Below, one piece after another: positions 55,501-64,000 of a stretch of DNA of 64,000 nt (its first letter is position 1; each line of letters starts with the position of its first letter). Made by a program: the position numbers and the translations under genes. The stretch spans positions 2,157,322 through 2,221,321 of the forward strand of contig CAVVHE010000004.1 of the NCBI GenBank assembly GCA_963748015.1. The letters are read 5' to 3'. The stretch is from Terriglobia bacterium (GTDB lineage: Bacteria > Acidobacteriota > Polarisedimenticolia > Polarisedimenticolales > JAIQFR01). The notes under the pieces are model-generated. The model was not told the origin of the DNA, made no database searches, and saw only the letters and a list, made by a program, of their open reading frames with translations.

Positions 55501-56408
55501 GTGAACAGCGCGACGAACGTGACCGGCCGCAACTTCCCGATCGGCACGAGCACCGGATGGCGCCCGGTCGTCCTGAGCAACTTCCATTCGAACGGCGCGC
55601 TGCAGACGTACACCGCTCGGGCGTTCGACGGAAACACGGGAGGCACCCCCGCGGCGCCGCTGGTCTTCCTCAACCCGGCACGGTACTTCCGGATCCAGAA
55701 CACGGCGAACGTGTTCAGCACGACCACCGCCACGGTGCAGCTGTCGTATGGCGCCGACGACACGATCGGCTCCCCCTCGACCGCCGGTGTTTCCCAGGCG
55801 AGCACCGCGGACGGCACGTACGCCTCCCGCGGTGGGACGACCGCGACGTCGCCGGCGACCGGCATCGTCAGCTCGGCCGCGATCACCCCGGGAGACGACT
55901 ACCTCGTCATCGGCAACGAGGCGGCGCCGCCGCTGCCGCCGGCCAACGACGACTGCTCCGGCGCACAGGGGATCCCGGGCGCCGGGCCGTTCCCGTACCT
56001 GGCGGCCACGGTGGACGTCACGGCCGCGACGACGGCGGGCGATCCGGCGTTCTGCGCCACCGCGTCGCACACGGCGTGGTACACCTTCACGCCGGCCGTG
56101 ACCGCCACCTACACGATCACCACGTGTCAGGCCGCCGCGCCGGGAACGACGGCGACCGACACGGTCCTCGGCGTGTACACGGGGTCCTCGTGCGGCGGGC
56201 CGTTCACGCTGGTCGCCTGCAACGACAACGACACGGCGTGCTCGGGCGGAACCACTCGATCCACGGTGTCGACGGTCCTGTACGCCGGCACGACCTACTA
56301 CGTCGTGGCCGGCACCGCCGGGACGGCGGCGCCGACCTACGGGAACATCCAGCTGTCGATCGCCCAGGCGCTGCCGCCGGCGAACGACAACTGCTTCGCG
56401 CCGCTCCA
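52525..56408 (+). CDS. large secreted/surface protein (FN3, G8-like, beta-helix-like, PPAND modules), 3'-truncated at the junction
   Basis: Signal peptide; LNWTDNSSGESGFSIYRS (FN3); GNWSSTATW; breaks in the second PPANDNC module where GC content drops. Confidence 0.85.
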
Positions 56409-56570
56409 ATCATACTGGTGCATCATGAATCCATTTAAACCTGACTCTCCATCCTTGTATAGTTTTACTTCATAGCCATTCGACTCAAGAAAATCAACAA
56501 GGAGGAAGCCAAGGTTAATGTCATCTTCAATCAGAAGTATTTTTATTTTCTCTCTATCGGTGGTCATCAT
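56409..56570 (-). CDS. response regulator (probably OmpR-family), N-terminal fragment cut at the junction
   Basis: KILLIEDDINLGFLLVDFLESNGYEV...YD, then abrupt switch before the phospho-Asp. Confidence 0.85.
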
Positions 56571-57823
56571 ACCTTCAGCAAAGGAAATTCAAGCGTAAAT
56601 ATTGTTCCCTTTCCGACAGTACTTGCTACTGTGATTTTCCCCTGCATTTGCTCAACTGTTTTCTTAACAAAATAAAGACCTAAACCAAAGCCATCATTAT
56701 TGTGAATATCACCTTCAGAAATTCTGGAGAATTTATCAAATATATATGGCAGATTTTCTTTAGATATCCCTATCGCATTATCTCTGATTTTTATTAGAAG
56801 TGACTTTTTTCCAGATTCTATGTTGATGGCTATATCAGGTTTATTTGTATTATACTTTATTGCGTTATCAATAATGTTCCCGATTGCGATCTGGAACATT
56901 TCAACATTCCCTGAAAGTCGGGAATGGCTGCCTGAAGTTATAATTTGGATTGAACCATTCTTTTCTTCCAGAATTACAGAGAAAGTACCTGCAATATTCC
57001 TGATCTCAGCTTCAGCATCAAATGGTTCAAAATTGAGATGTTTGTCATTTTCGGTTATCGCTGCTTTCAGAAGAATGTCAACTTTGTCTTTAAGTCTTTG
57101 ATGTTCTGTTTTAATTACTTTACTATATGAGCTAAGTTTCTCATCTTTTTCGAACCTTTCATTCTTTGAAATCATACTATTTGCAAGGGCAATATTTGTC
57201 AGTGGAGTCTTGAATTCATGCGTCATATTATTGATAAAATCAATAATATTTCCCGTGAGTTTCTTTTCCCTCTTATAAAACCTGTAAATAAGTAAAAAAG
57301 AAACACAAACGAGTACCAGCAATGCAATTGAGCTGATAAAAATATAGCCAGTTTGGTTTCGAATAAATTCTCTTTTTTCGGGAAACCTTATTCTGAGCTC
57401 ATAGCCGCTTTCGTTAAGGATCTTCTGGAGGTTATCATTAATATAAGTTTCTCCTCCTGAAGTCAATAAAGCATCTGTTCCTTTCTTAACGATATCAAAT
57501 TCATAATCAAGGTTGATATTGTAATAAACCAGATCATTTTTAATAAGTGAATCGAGGTCGGTCCATTCTATACGGTTTCTCATAAGTAATAAACATGAAC
57601 TTGACTTTCCTGCGTGGAGGCAATTGTTCATTTCCTGACAAATTGCTTCATTATTTGAAAGATTCTCGACAATCCTGTTCATGGCAAGAGTAACCGTATG
57701 GTTAAATTGAGCCTCCTGAACCTTTGCTGATTTTAAAACCCAGCTGATCTGTATTCCAACCAGGAGCATCAGGCTTGTTATTGTCAGAATAAGAAGGAGT
57801 AACTGTAATTTCTTTGTTTTCAT
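56567..57823 (-). CDS. membrane sensor histidine kinase
   Basis: 2 TM; NNMTHEFKTPL H-box; NIIDNAIKY; GFGLGL; ATGA overlap with the regulator. Confidence 0.95.
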   Translation of the reverse strand: MKTKKLQLLLLILTITSLMLLVGIQISWVLKSAKVQEAQFNHTVTLAMNRIVENLSNNEAICQEMNNCLHAGKSSSCLLLMRNRIEWTDLDSLIKNDLVYYNINLDYEFDIVKKGTDALLTSGGETYINDNLQKILNESGYELRIRFPEKREFIRNQTGYIFISSIALLVLVCVSFLLIYRFYKREKKLTGNIIDFINNMTHEFKTPLTNIALANSMISKNERFEKDEKLSSYSKVIKTEHQRLKDKVDILLKAAITENDKHLNFEPFDAEAEIRNIAGTFSVILEEKNGSIQIITSGSHSRLSGNVEMFQIAIGNIIDNAIKYNTNKPDIAINIESGKKSLLIKIRDNAIGISKENLPYIFDKFSRISEGDIHNNDGFGLGLYFVKKTVEQMQGKITVASTVGKGTIFTLEFPLLKV

Positions 57824-57862
57824 AACTCAAAAATACATTGTTTTTAGGTTGACAAGAACTAT

Positions 57863-57900
57863 TTAACATCGGCTTAACACGAATTAACCACTGGATAACA
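57863..57900. promoter_or_regulatory. four direct repeats TTAACA/TTAACA/TTAACC/ATAACA, probable response-regulator binding site
   Basis: Copies at 57863, 57874, 57884, 57895 (11/10/11 bp spacing) in the divergent promoter region. Confidence 0.65.
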
Positions 57901-57954
57901 TCTATTATTTCCTTTTTACTTTATTTTTGAAGCTGATTAAATTCACATATTCCT

Positions 57955-58329
57955 ATGAAAAAATTAATAAACATTTTCGGCAGCCTTTTAATTATGGCTT
58001 TTATTGTAGTTCTGTTTGTAAATGCTTCAGAAGCAAAGAAAGACAATAAAAAAGGGAAATCTGACACCAAGAAGGTTGAGTTGGTTTCTCCATGTGCAAC
58101 AAGTTGCAACCATACTTCAGCAGTACCCTGCGATCCTGAAAAATGCAAACAACTGAATTGTGACCATAAAAATGGAACCTGTGATCCTGCGACATGTACA
58201 GCACATAAAGATGCTAAATGTGATCCGTCAACATGCCCTAAGCACAATGGGGCTGAAACCAGTCAAGTACACCAGTGTGGGGTCAGTACTACCTGTCCAG
58301 GACATCCAAATACCAGTACTGGTAAATAG
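57955..58329 (+). CDS. small secreted Cys/His-rich protein
   Basis: Signal peptide; 11 Cys and 6 His; three CDPxxC motifs. Confidence 0.8.
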   Translation: MKKLINIFGSLLIMAFIVVLFVNASEAKKDNKKGKSDTKKVELVSPCATSCNHTSAVPCDPEKCKQLNCDHKNGTCDPATCTAHKDAKCDPSTCPKHNGAETSQVHQCGVSTTCPGHPNTSTGK

Positions 58330-58347
58330 AAATACCAACTGAAAGTT

Positions 58348-58377
58348 AACCGAAGAAGAAATTCTTCGGTTTTTTTT
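58348..58377 (+). terminator. rho-independent terminator
   Basis: aaccgaagaa-gaaa-ttcttcggtt followed by a T tract. Confidence 0.85.
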
Positions 58378-58391
58378 CTATTCCTTATTTA

Positions 58392-60056
58392 GGGATGTTC
58401 ATAAATACTGAAAACTATTGATTGACAAATAGTTAGATCTCATTAACTTTAAGAAAAAACCCCGAAAAAGCTCTGAACAGCTATAAATCGGGGTAATTTC
58501 TTAAAAATGCTATGAGAAAAATAAGAAGAATTTTTGAGACTACCCAAGAAATTAGCTTTATCTCACCAGAAAAAGAGTTTTCACTCTACCTGAAATCATT
58601 TAATGAGTCTGAATTAGGGGGTATTTATCGGGCTATTCCGTGGAATGATATTGTTAAGAAATTAAAAATCAGAGAGAACAAGAAGGGACCAGATTTGATT
58701 TTTGGTCCTCAGGGAATGGTAGCCCTGATGTTTTTGAAGTCATATGTAGAATGTTCGGATGAGATGCTGATTTGTCATCTGAACGGCAATATCCACTTCC
58801 AGATATTCTGCGGTATTCTACTGGGATCTGAACGCATCAGGAATTTTAAAATAGTCAGCGATATAAGGTGCAGGCTTGCCAGGACCCTTGATGTCCGAGA
58901 AATTCAAGGGGTTTTAGCAGGTTACTGGAAACCTTATCTGAGAGATCCCAATGTAATGCTGGAGGATGCTACTTGTTATGAGACATCGATGCGGTATCCG
59001 ACAAATGTTAAACTTCTTTGGGAAAGCACTCAGTGGTCATACGATCAGTTGAAGTTAATATGTAAATGTCTGAAGATAAGAATGCCCAGAAACAAGTATG
59101 AAGAACAATGGAATAAGTATAACAATTACAGTCACAAGCGGAAGAAGACCCATAAAGAGACTACCATGCGAACCAGGAGCCTTCTTTATTTATTGAGGAA
59201 ATTAATGGGATTACTCCGTGAGATAGAATATCAGTATCAGGATCAGCTTGATCTGCCCAGGAAGTATTACGATAGGATTAAGGTCATCCGTAAAGTTCTG
59301 AAGCAACAGCAAGAGATCTTTGACACAGGGAATAATAGCATTCCTGATCGTATAGTAAGTATCTCTAAATCATACATCAGACCTATAGTCAGGGGTAAAG
59401 AGACAAAACCGGTTGAATTTGGAGCTAAAGTTAACATGATCCAGTTTGACGGGATCAATTTTATCGAGCATCTGAGTTTTGATGCTTTTAATGAAGGGAC
59501 AAGACTTATAAAATCAATACGTTACGGAAGGAGTCTCTTTGGTAAGATCACCCATATATCAGCTGATGACATTTATGCTACCAATGCAAATCGTAGATAC
59601 TCAACAGCGGCGCATATCGTTACCAACTTTAAGCGTAAAGGCAGGGCCGGAAAACATGAAGAACACCGGCTTATTATCAGCCGTGAACTGCGTAAAGAGA
59701 GAACGATTCGAATGGAAGGCAGCTTTGGTACAGAAAAGGAATATTATGGTCTAAAGAAGATAAAGGCTCGCACCGAGCTAAATGAAATACTCTGGATCTT
59801 CTTTGGTGTTCATACAGCAAATGCAGTCAGAATCGCAAAACGGTTAGCCGTCTCAAGGGTTGAACAAATAGCTTCGTAACATCTAATCTGGCATGGTGCT
59901 GAACTTCATGTCTGGGAATATTATGCCCTGCAATCAGCATTTATGAGCAAAAACATGACCAAACTGTCATTTTCCTGAATAAAAAGAAAAATGAGTAAAA
60001 CTCGAGGTTATGAATTTTACTCACCAAATAAATTTACCTCTACTCCCGAAAATCCC
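58392..60056 (+). mobile_element. IS5-like insertion sequence, about 1.67 kb
   Basis: Ends GGGATGTTC / GAAAATCCC (short imperfect TIR) each flanked by TA; single transposase. Confidence 0.72.
58512..59879 (+). CDS. DDE transposase (IS5-like)
   Basis: EDATCYE, DRIVS...RPIVRGK..KPVEFGAK, ADDIY, R...MEGSFG..K. Confidence 0.9.
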   Translation: MRKIRRIFETTQEISFISPEKEFSLYLKSFNESELGGIYRAIPWNDIVKKLKIRENKKGPDLIFGPQGMVALMFLKSYVECSDEMLICHLNGNIHFQIFCGILLGSERIRNFKIVSDIRCRLARTLDVREIQGVLAGYWKPYLRDPNVMLEDATCYETSMRYPTNVKLLWESTQWSYDQLKLICKCLKIRMPRNKYEEQWNKYNNYSHKRKKTHKETTMRTRSLLYLLRKLMGLLREIEYQYQDQLDLPRKYYDRIKVIRKVLKQQQEIFDTGNNSIPDRIVSISKSYIRPIVRGKETKPVEFGAKVNMIQFDGINFIEHLSFDAFNEGTRLIKSIRYGRSLFGKITHISADDIYATNANRRYSTAAHIVTNFKRKGRAGKHEEHRLIISRELRKERTIRMEGSFGTEKEYYGLKKIKARTELNEILWIFFGVHTANAVRIAKRLAVSRVEQIAS

Positions 60057-60058
60057 TA

Positions 60059-60217
60059 TCGAGAACGACCTGTTTTCATCAAATCCTGGCACCAATTAAA
60101 AAACATTCTTGATTGGTTTTGTAAGTCATTGATTTTCTTCAAAATCCGTCCTTCTTTGACCACTTCAAAAGAAGGTCTGAAAATACTTAACATACATAAG
60201 CAAACAACAAGGATTTA
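60059..60217 (+). repeat. intergenic att-like repeat, copy 1
   Basis: 60142-60217 matches 62902-62977 at 74 of 76 positions; palindromic core 60150-60175. Confidence 0.92.
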
Positions 60218-62068
60218 TACTTCAAAGTTCTCCCATTCGTATTTTACCCGCTCCATTAACTTTTTGAACCGCTCTTCACCTCGGATGTTTTCAATAATAG
60301 GGTCATGCAAATAAATAAATTGGTAGTTAAAGAATCCACGGAGAATTGAATTCTCCAGCCAGTTCAAAGCATCTTCCTTACGATTTATCATTGCATATGT
60401 TTCCGCAAAAGTATATGAATAGGCATAATCCATCTTTGCCCATAATACCATTTTGTCATCAATCAATTGATTGATTTCCTTCAGTTTCTTCATGCATGCA
60501 TTTAAAAGTAATAAAGTGCATTTATAAACATAGGAGTTCCTCGCATCTTCGGAAATCTTATTATATTCAGCATAAGCCTCATCATATTTCCTGTTATACA
60601 CTAAAGCCCTTGCTTTAAACAAAAGACTATAATCATCAGAGCCCAACTGTCTGGATTGATTTTCTGCCTGTTCAAATTCTCCATTGTAGATACTGAGAAA
60701 CATTGTGCTTACCATTATCAGAGTAGAAAACGGATCAATCTGCATCAGTTTATTTATCTGTTGATTCGTTGGTTCAATGATTCCATTGTAAGCATAGGTA
60801 AGAGTCATCCAGCCTAGTGCGTTAGTATGGTTTGGTGATGACTTGAGAACCTTTTTAAAGTGAGGAATACTTTTTTTCACATCTCCTCCTGTACTCTCCA
60901 ATAAACCTGAAACAAAATGCCCGTCAGGAGAATCATTGTCAATCTCAAATGCTTTGCCGACATATTCATTTGCTTTTGCTAGATCCTCTTCCTCAATCCT
61001 GATGCCAATATTCCAAAACTGATAATGGGCATGAGCCAGTTCTGCATACAGGTAACTATTATCACCCTCTTCATTGAGCGCTTTTTCAAGAAAATCGATT
61101 GCTTTGGTCATCGAATTTTTTGTGTAACGGTAAATTTCCTGTTTTGCCCGCAGGTAGTATTCAAAAGCATGGATGTCTTTAATAGGTCTTTCTGACACCT
61201 TGTCTTTTTCCTTATTGGAGAGTTTCAATTTTAGTTCGCTGGTAATTGAATTTGATACTTTTTCCTGAATATCAAAAATGTCATCTATTGTACCATTAAA
61301 TTTTTCAGCCCAGATATGAGAATCAGTTAATCCATCTATTAACTGTGCAGTAATTCGCAAATTGTTAGCAGCTTTTCTCACACTTCCTTCCAGAACATAA
61401 CGAACATTTACTTTATTAGTTATTTCCTTTATTGTAGATTTTGTTCCTTTAAATGTCATAGCTGAACTTCTTGAAATCACCAGAAGACCATGAATATGAG
61501 AAAGGTCAGTGATGATTTCTTCTGTTAATCCATCGCTGAAATACTCCTGCTCAGGATCAGAACTAATGTTCTCAAATGGCAGGACAATAATGGATTTTTG
61601 AGGGAAGTGAAACAGCTTGTTCTTTTATTTCGGTTTGGTACTTTTCTTGCTCTGGTTTACCAGAACTCTTGAAATCTTTGTACTTCAAATACCACTTGAT
61701 GATAATACCAAGATTAACAAGTCCAGGCTTCACCTGTTCTGGATCAAAATCTTTTGGATGGGTACCATAAGCTGACAGGACTATTCAGGTGATCCATTGA
61801 GGTGATAATATTGGAAGGAACTTTTTCATCCTTGTGCAGCTTATCTATGATACCCTTCAAAGGTTCTGTCTTTCGGGGTCTTTTGAGTTCACACTCACAT
61901 AGATCAGTTATTATAACTTCCAGGCATCTTCTTGAATACAGGAGAATCATATTCTCATCATCAGCTTTGATCAATCGTTCCAGTTCCTTCTCCAGATTCG
62001 GGTAACTGACCTTTGAGTGATTCATAAAGTTTCTCAAGCTCTTTTATTTCAGAGGTCCAGATTGCCAT
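60215..62068 (-). pseudogene. DUF4145-like + TolB-N-like + TPR protein with two single-base frameshifts (about 62000 and 61778)
   Basis: MAIWTSEIKELEKLYESLKGQLP/.LEKELERL...HLNS/LSAYGTHP...SIIVLPFENISSDPEQEYFSDGLTEEII, then TPRs; frameshifts may be sequencing errors. Confidence 0.75.
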
Positions 62069-62221
62069 TTGGCGGAGATATTCATTATGATAAAGTTAAG
62101 AAAGAGATAGATACAAGTCAAATAATAATCCATGATACCAAAATCCTTTCAGACCTAATTATTTCTCATCATATACGATATTAGCAAATTCAAACTTCCA
62201 GTAGCCTGAATCTCGAAGTGT

Positions 62222-62296
62222 AAAATCCGTCCTTCTCTGACCACTTCAAAAGAAGGTCTGAGAACACGGAAACATACATTATTTAACAACTATTTA
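62222..62296 (+). repeat. intergenic att-like repeat, copy 2 (core and right arm only)
   Basis: aaaatccgtccttctctgaccacttcaaaagaaggtctga...aacatacat...aacaac; left flank unrelated to the other copies. Confidence 0.9.
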
Positions 62297-62353
62297 TATT
62301 TACCTTTAAGATTAAACTGAGTAGAGAAAAGACATGGTAAAATTATTTGAGAA

Positions 62354-62774
62354 ATGAAACCCAATAAGAAAACAATCGTAAAGGATTACATTGAGAAAGT
62401 GGTAAATACAGGTAATTTAGAAATAATACAACATTTCATTTCATCTGATTATGTTGAGATTTATAATAATAAGAAGTATGCCATTGGAATTGAGGGAGCT
62501 AAGGAGCATATAACAGGTGTCCGAAATACATATCCTGACTTGAAATCTGTCAATTGATATGCAGATAGAAGAAGGGGAATGGATTGCTACCTGTTATACT
62601 ATGAGGGGGACACATACTGGCCTATGGATGGATATCAAACCAACTGGAAAAAGAATTGAAGTCACTGGAGTTAATATTGATAAGGTCATCGACAATAAAA
62701 TTGTTGAACATGGCGGTGCTGCTAATATGTTCAATGGACTTTTGGAAATAGGAGCAATAAAAGTCTGTAAGTGA
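62354..62774 (+). pseudogene. SnoaL-like ester cyclase family protein, one frameshift near 62545
   Basis: YPDL...IDMQIEEGEWIA...GTHTG.WMDIKPTGK; removing one base joins ORFs 62354 and 62559. Confidence 0.8.
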
Positions 62775-62789
62775 ATTAAAAGAATAACA

Positions 62790-62977
62790 TACTCCTCATT
62801 TCGATAAAAATACCCCATTTTGACCCAAAATCCTGGCACCAGAACTGGCACCAACCAAAAAGACACCCTCAATTGGTCTTGTAAGTGTTTGATTTCTTAA
62901 GAAATCCGTCCTTCTTTGACCACTTCAAAAGAAGGTCTGAAAACACTTAACATACATAAGTAAACAACAAGGATTTA
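62790..62977 (+). repeat. intergenic att-like repeat, copy 3 (full length)
   Basis: Two TGGCACCA motifs (62834, 62846), TAAGTGTTTGATT, palindromic core and right arm. Confidence 0.92.
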
Positions 62978-63146
62978 ACTAAGTGTTTTGATTAACTTTC
63001 CTCTAACCGTATCAATATTCCACAGATATCATCCTAAGTTAAAATGTGGCGAAATTAATTTATTTGACTTTGGCTAATTTATAGGTGTAACTTTATAAAC
63101 AGTTGGGGGAACTTCTTTTTATTAACCAATTAAAAATCCTAAAGCG

Positions 63147-63239
63147 ATGAAAAAATTAGGTTTAGTAACTGTAATTTTTGTATTCCTTCTATTTACCTCA
63201 AATGGAATACAGTATAGTCCGAAATATTCACTTTTTTAA
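63147..63239 (+). pseudogene. possible gene remnant, signal peptide only (30 aa)
   Basis: MKKLGLVTVIFVFLLFTSNG then an early stop. Confidence 0.3.
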
Positions 63240-63354
63240 CTCACTCCCTGATTGGTCAAATATATTTACCTTTAGAAGACATTTAAATGAGTTGTGCGTC
63301 GTTCAAATAATTCAGAAATATGAACTTAAGTAATTAATCTAAGTAAGTAAGACT

Positions 63355-64000
63355 ATGGCTAAGAAGAAAAGAATAGTTAAGAATATTATTTTTGGGATTA
63401 TTGGAACAATTATTCTCTTCATAGTAATTGTGATTGTTAACCTAATAATTGTAGGTAAAAATGAATCTATTATATCGAAAGGGCAACCAATAGAAAACTA
63501 TAGCGAACATAATTATGCACTTTTGGTTATTGATATCCAAGAAGCTACAACAGGAGACGTTTCAATGTACCCATTCTTTAAAAAGAATTCGGACGATTTG
63601 ATAAAAAACATAAATCAAATCGCTGAAAGGTTTAAGATTCAAAATATTCCAGTTGTTTATATTCGTAGTGAAATAACAAACCCATTAATTAATTTAATTA
63701 ATAGCTCATATGCAAAAGGTCACGTAGGGGCTAAATATGATAAACGGCTGAAAACAGTTACAGATTTAGATGTTGTAAAAAAAAATAAAGATTCGTTTAG
63801 GAATACGAATCTCGATAGCATCCTGACTTGTAATAAAGTAAACGAATTGTATATTGTGGGATTAGATGCTGCAGAATGCGTAAATGCAACTATACAAGCT
63901 GCTCAAAATAGGAATTATAACGTCAATCTTATTGAGGAAGCAATTTTATCGAAATCAAAAGAAATGAAGGATAGCATGATAGTGAATTTTAAGGACAGGG
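63355..64000 (+). CDS. membrane-anchored isochorismatase-family cysteine hydrolase, 3'-truncated by window edge
   Basis: N-terminal TM; ALLVIDIQ, KDSF..T.L, IVGLDAAECV..T; absent from the ORF track because there is no stop. Confidence 0.88.
   Translation, partial: MAKKKRIVKNIIFGIIGTIILFIVIVIVNLIIVGKNESIISKGQPIENYSEHNYALLVIDIQEATTGDVSMYPFFKKNSDDLIKNINQIAERFKIQNIPVVYIRSEITNPLINLINSSYAKGHVGAKYDKRLKTVTDLDVVKKNKDSFRNTNLDSILTCNKVNELYIVGLDAAECVNATIQAAQNRNYNVNLIEEAILSKSKEMKDSMIVNFKDR

Noticed and set aside
52687..56409. 1240-aa antisense ORF and many similar shadow ORFs
   Set aside because: Expected stop-poor antisense frames in high-GC DNA; no motifs.
60135..60165. tRNA gene at the repeat core (…AATCC…GACCA)
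   Set aside because: Only a loose 3'-end resemblance; no D or anticodon arms or matching 5' acceptor strand upstream.
59991..60314. 107-aa ORF, and likewise 62594..62872, spanning the repeat
   Set aside because: They cross the IS end, the non-coding repeat and the antisense strand of real genes.
60059..62977. CRISPR array or classical integron attC interpretation of the repeats
   Set aside because: Intervals are 0.5-2 kb and contain genes; no cas or intI gene; no RYYYAAC...GTTRRRY ends; genes are not co-oriented.
56409..64000. AT-rich part as a genomic island integrated in the GC-rich host
   Set aside because: Genes on both sides are cut mid-domain with no integrase, att site or TSD at the boundary; a chimeric join is more parsimonious.

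Overview
The window joins two unrelated DNA segments at about 56,408. Segment 1 (1-56,408) is very GC-rich, roughly 70% by eye; its gene content suggests Acidobacteriota, which is an inference. It carries a Hanks kinase, an 8-gene arsenic/organoarsenical operon (arsR-arsP-arsF-arsG-acr3-arsC-thioredoxin-arsM) and a B12-photoreceptor (CarH/LitR) locus with fasciclin, furan/cyclopropane fatty-acid genes and photolyase. It also has a FecR-TPR-beta-barrel gene plus CHASE2 adenylate cyclase beside a giant Cys-repeat secreted protein, and a cyclic-nucleotide signalling cluster. A porin-multiheme cytochrome conduit follows (19 + 23 CxxCH motifs, an inner-membrane protein and a ferredoxin-flavoprotein), then a truncated large secreted protein. 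Segment 2 (56,409-64,000) is AT-rich and Bacteroidota-like. It has a truncated two-component system, a Cys/His-rich small secreted protein and an IS5-like element. Its unrelated accessory genes are separated by three copies of a non-coding repeat of up to about 190 bp, with a palindromic core, flanking IHF-like boxes and TGGCACCA arm-like motifs. This possible recombination-site-delimited cassette array is the most novel-looking feature. Several single-base frameshifts suggest sequencing or consensus errors. All family assignments come from motif recognition, not database searches.
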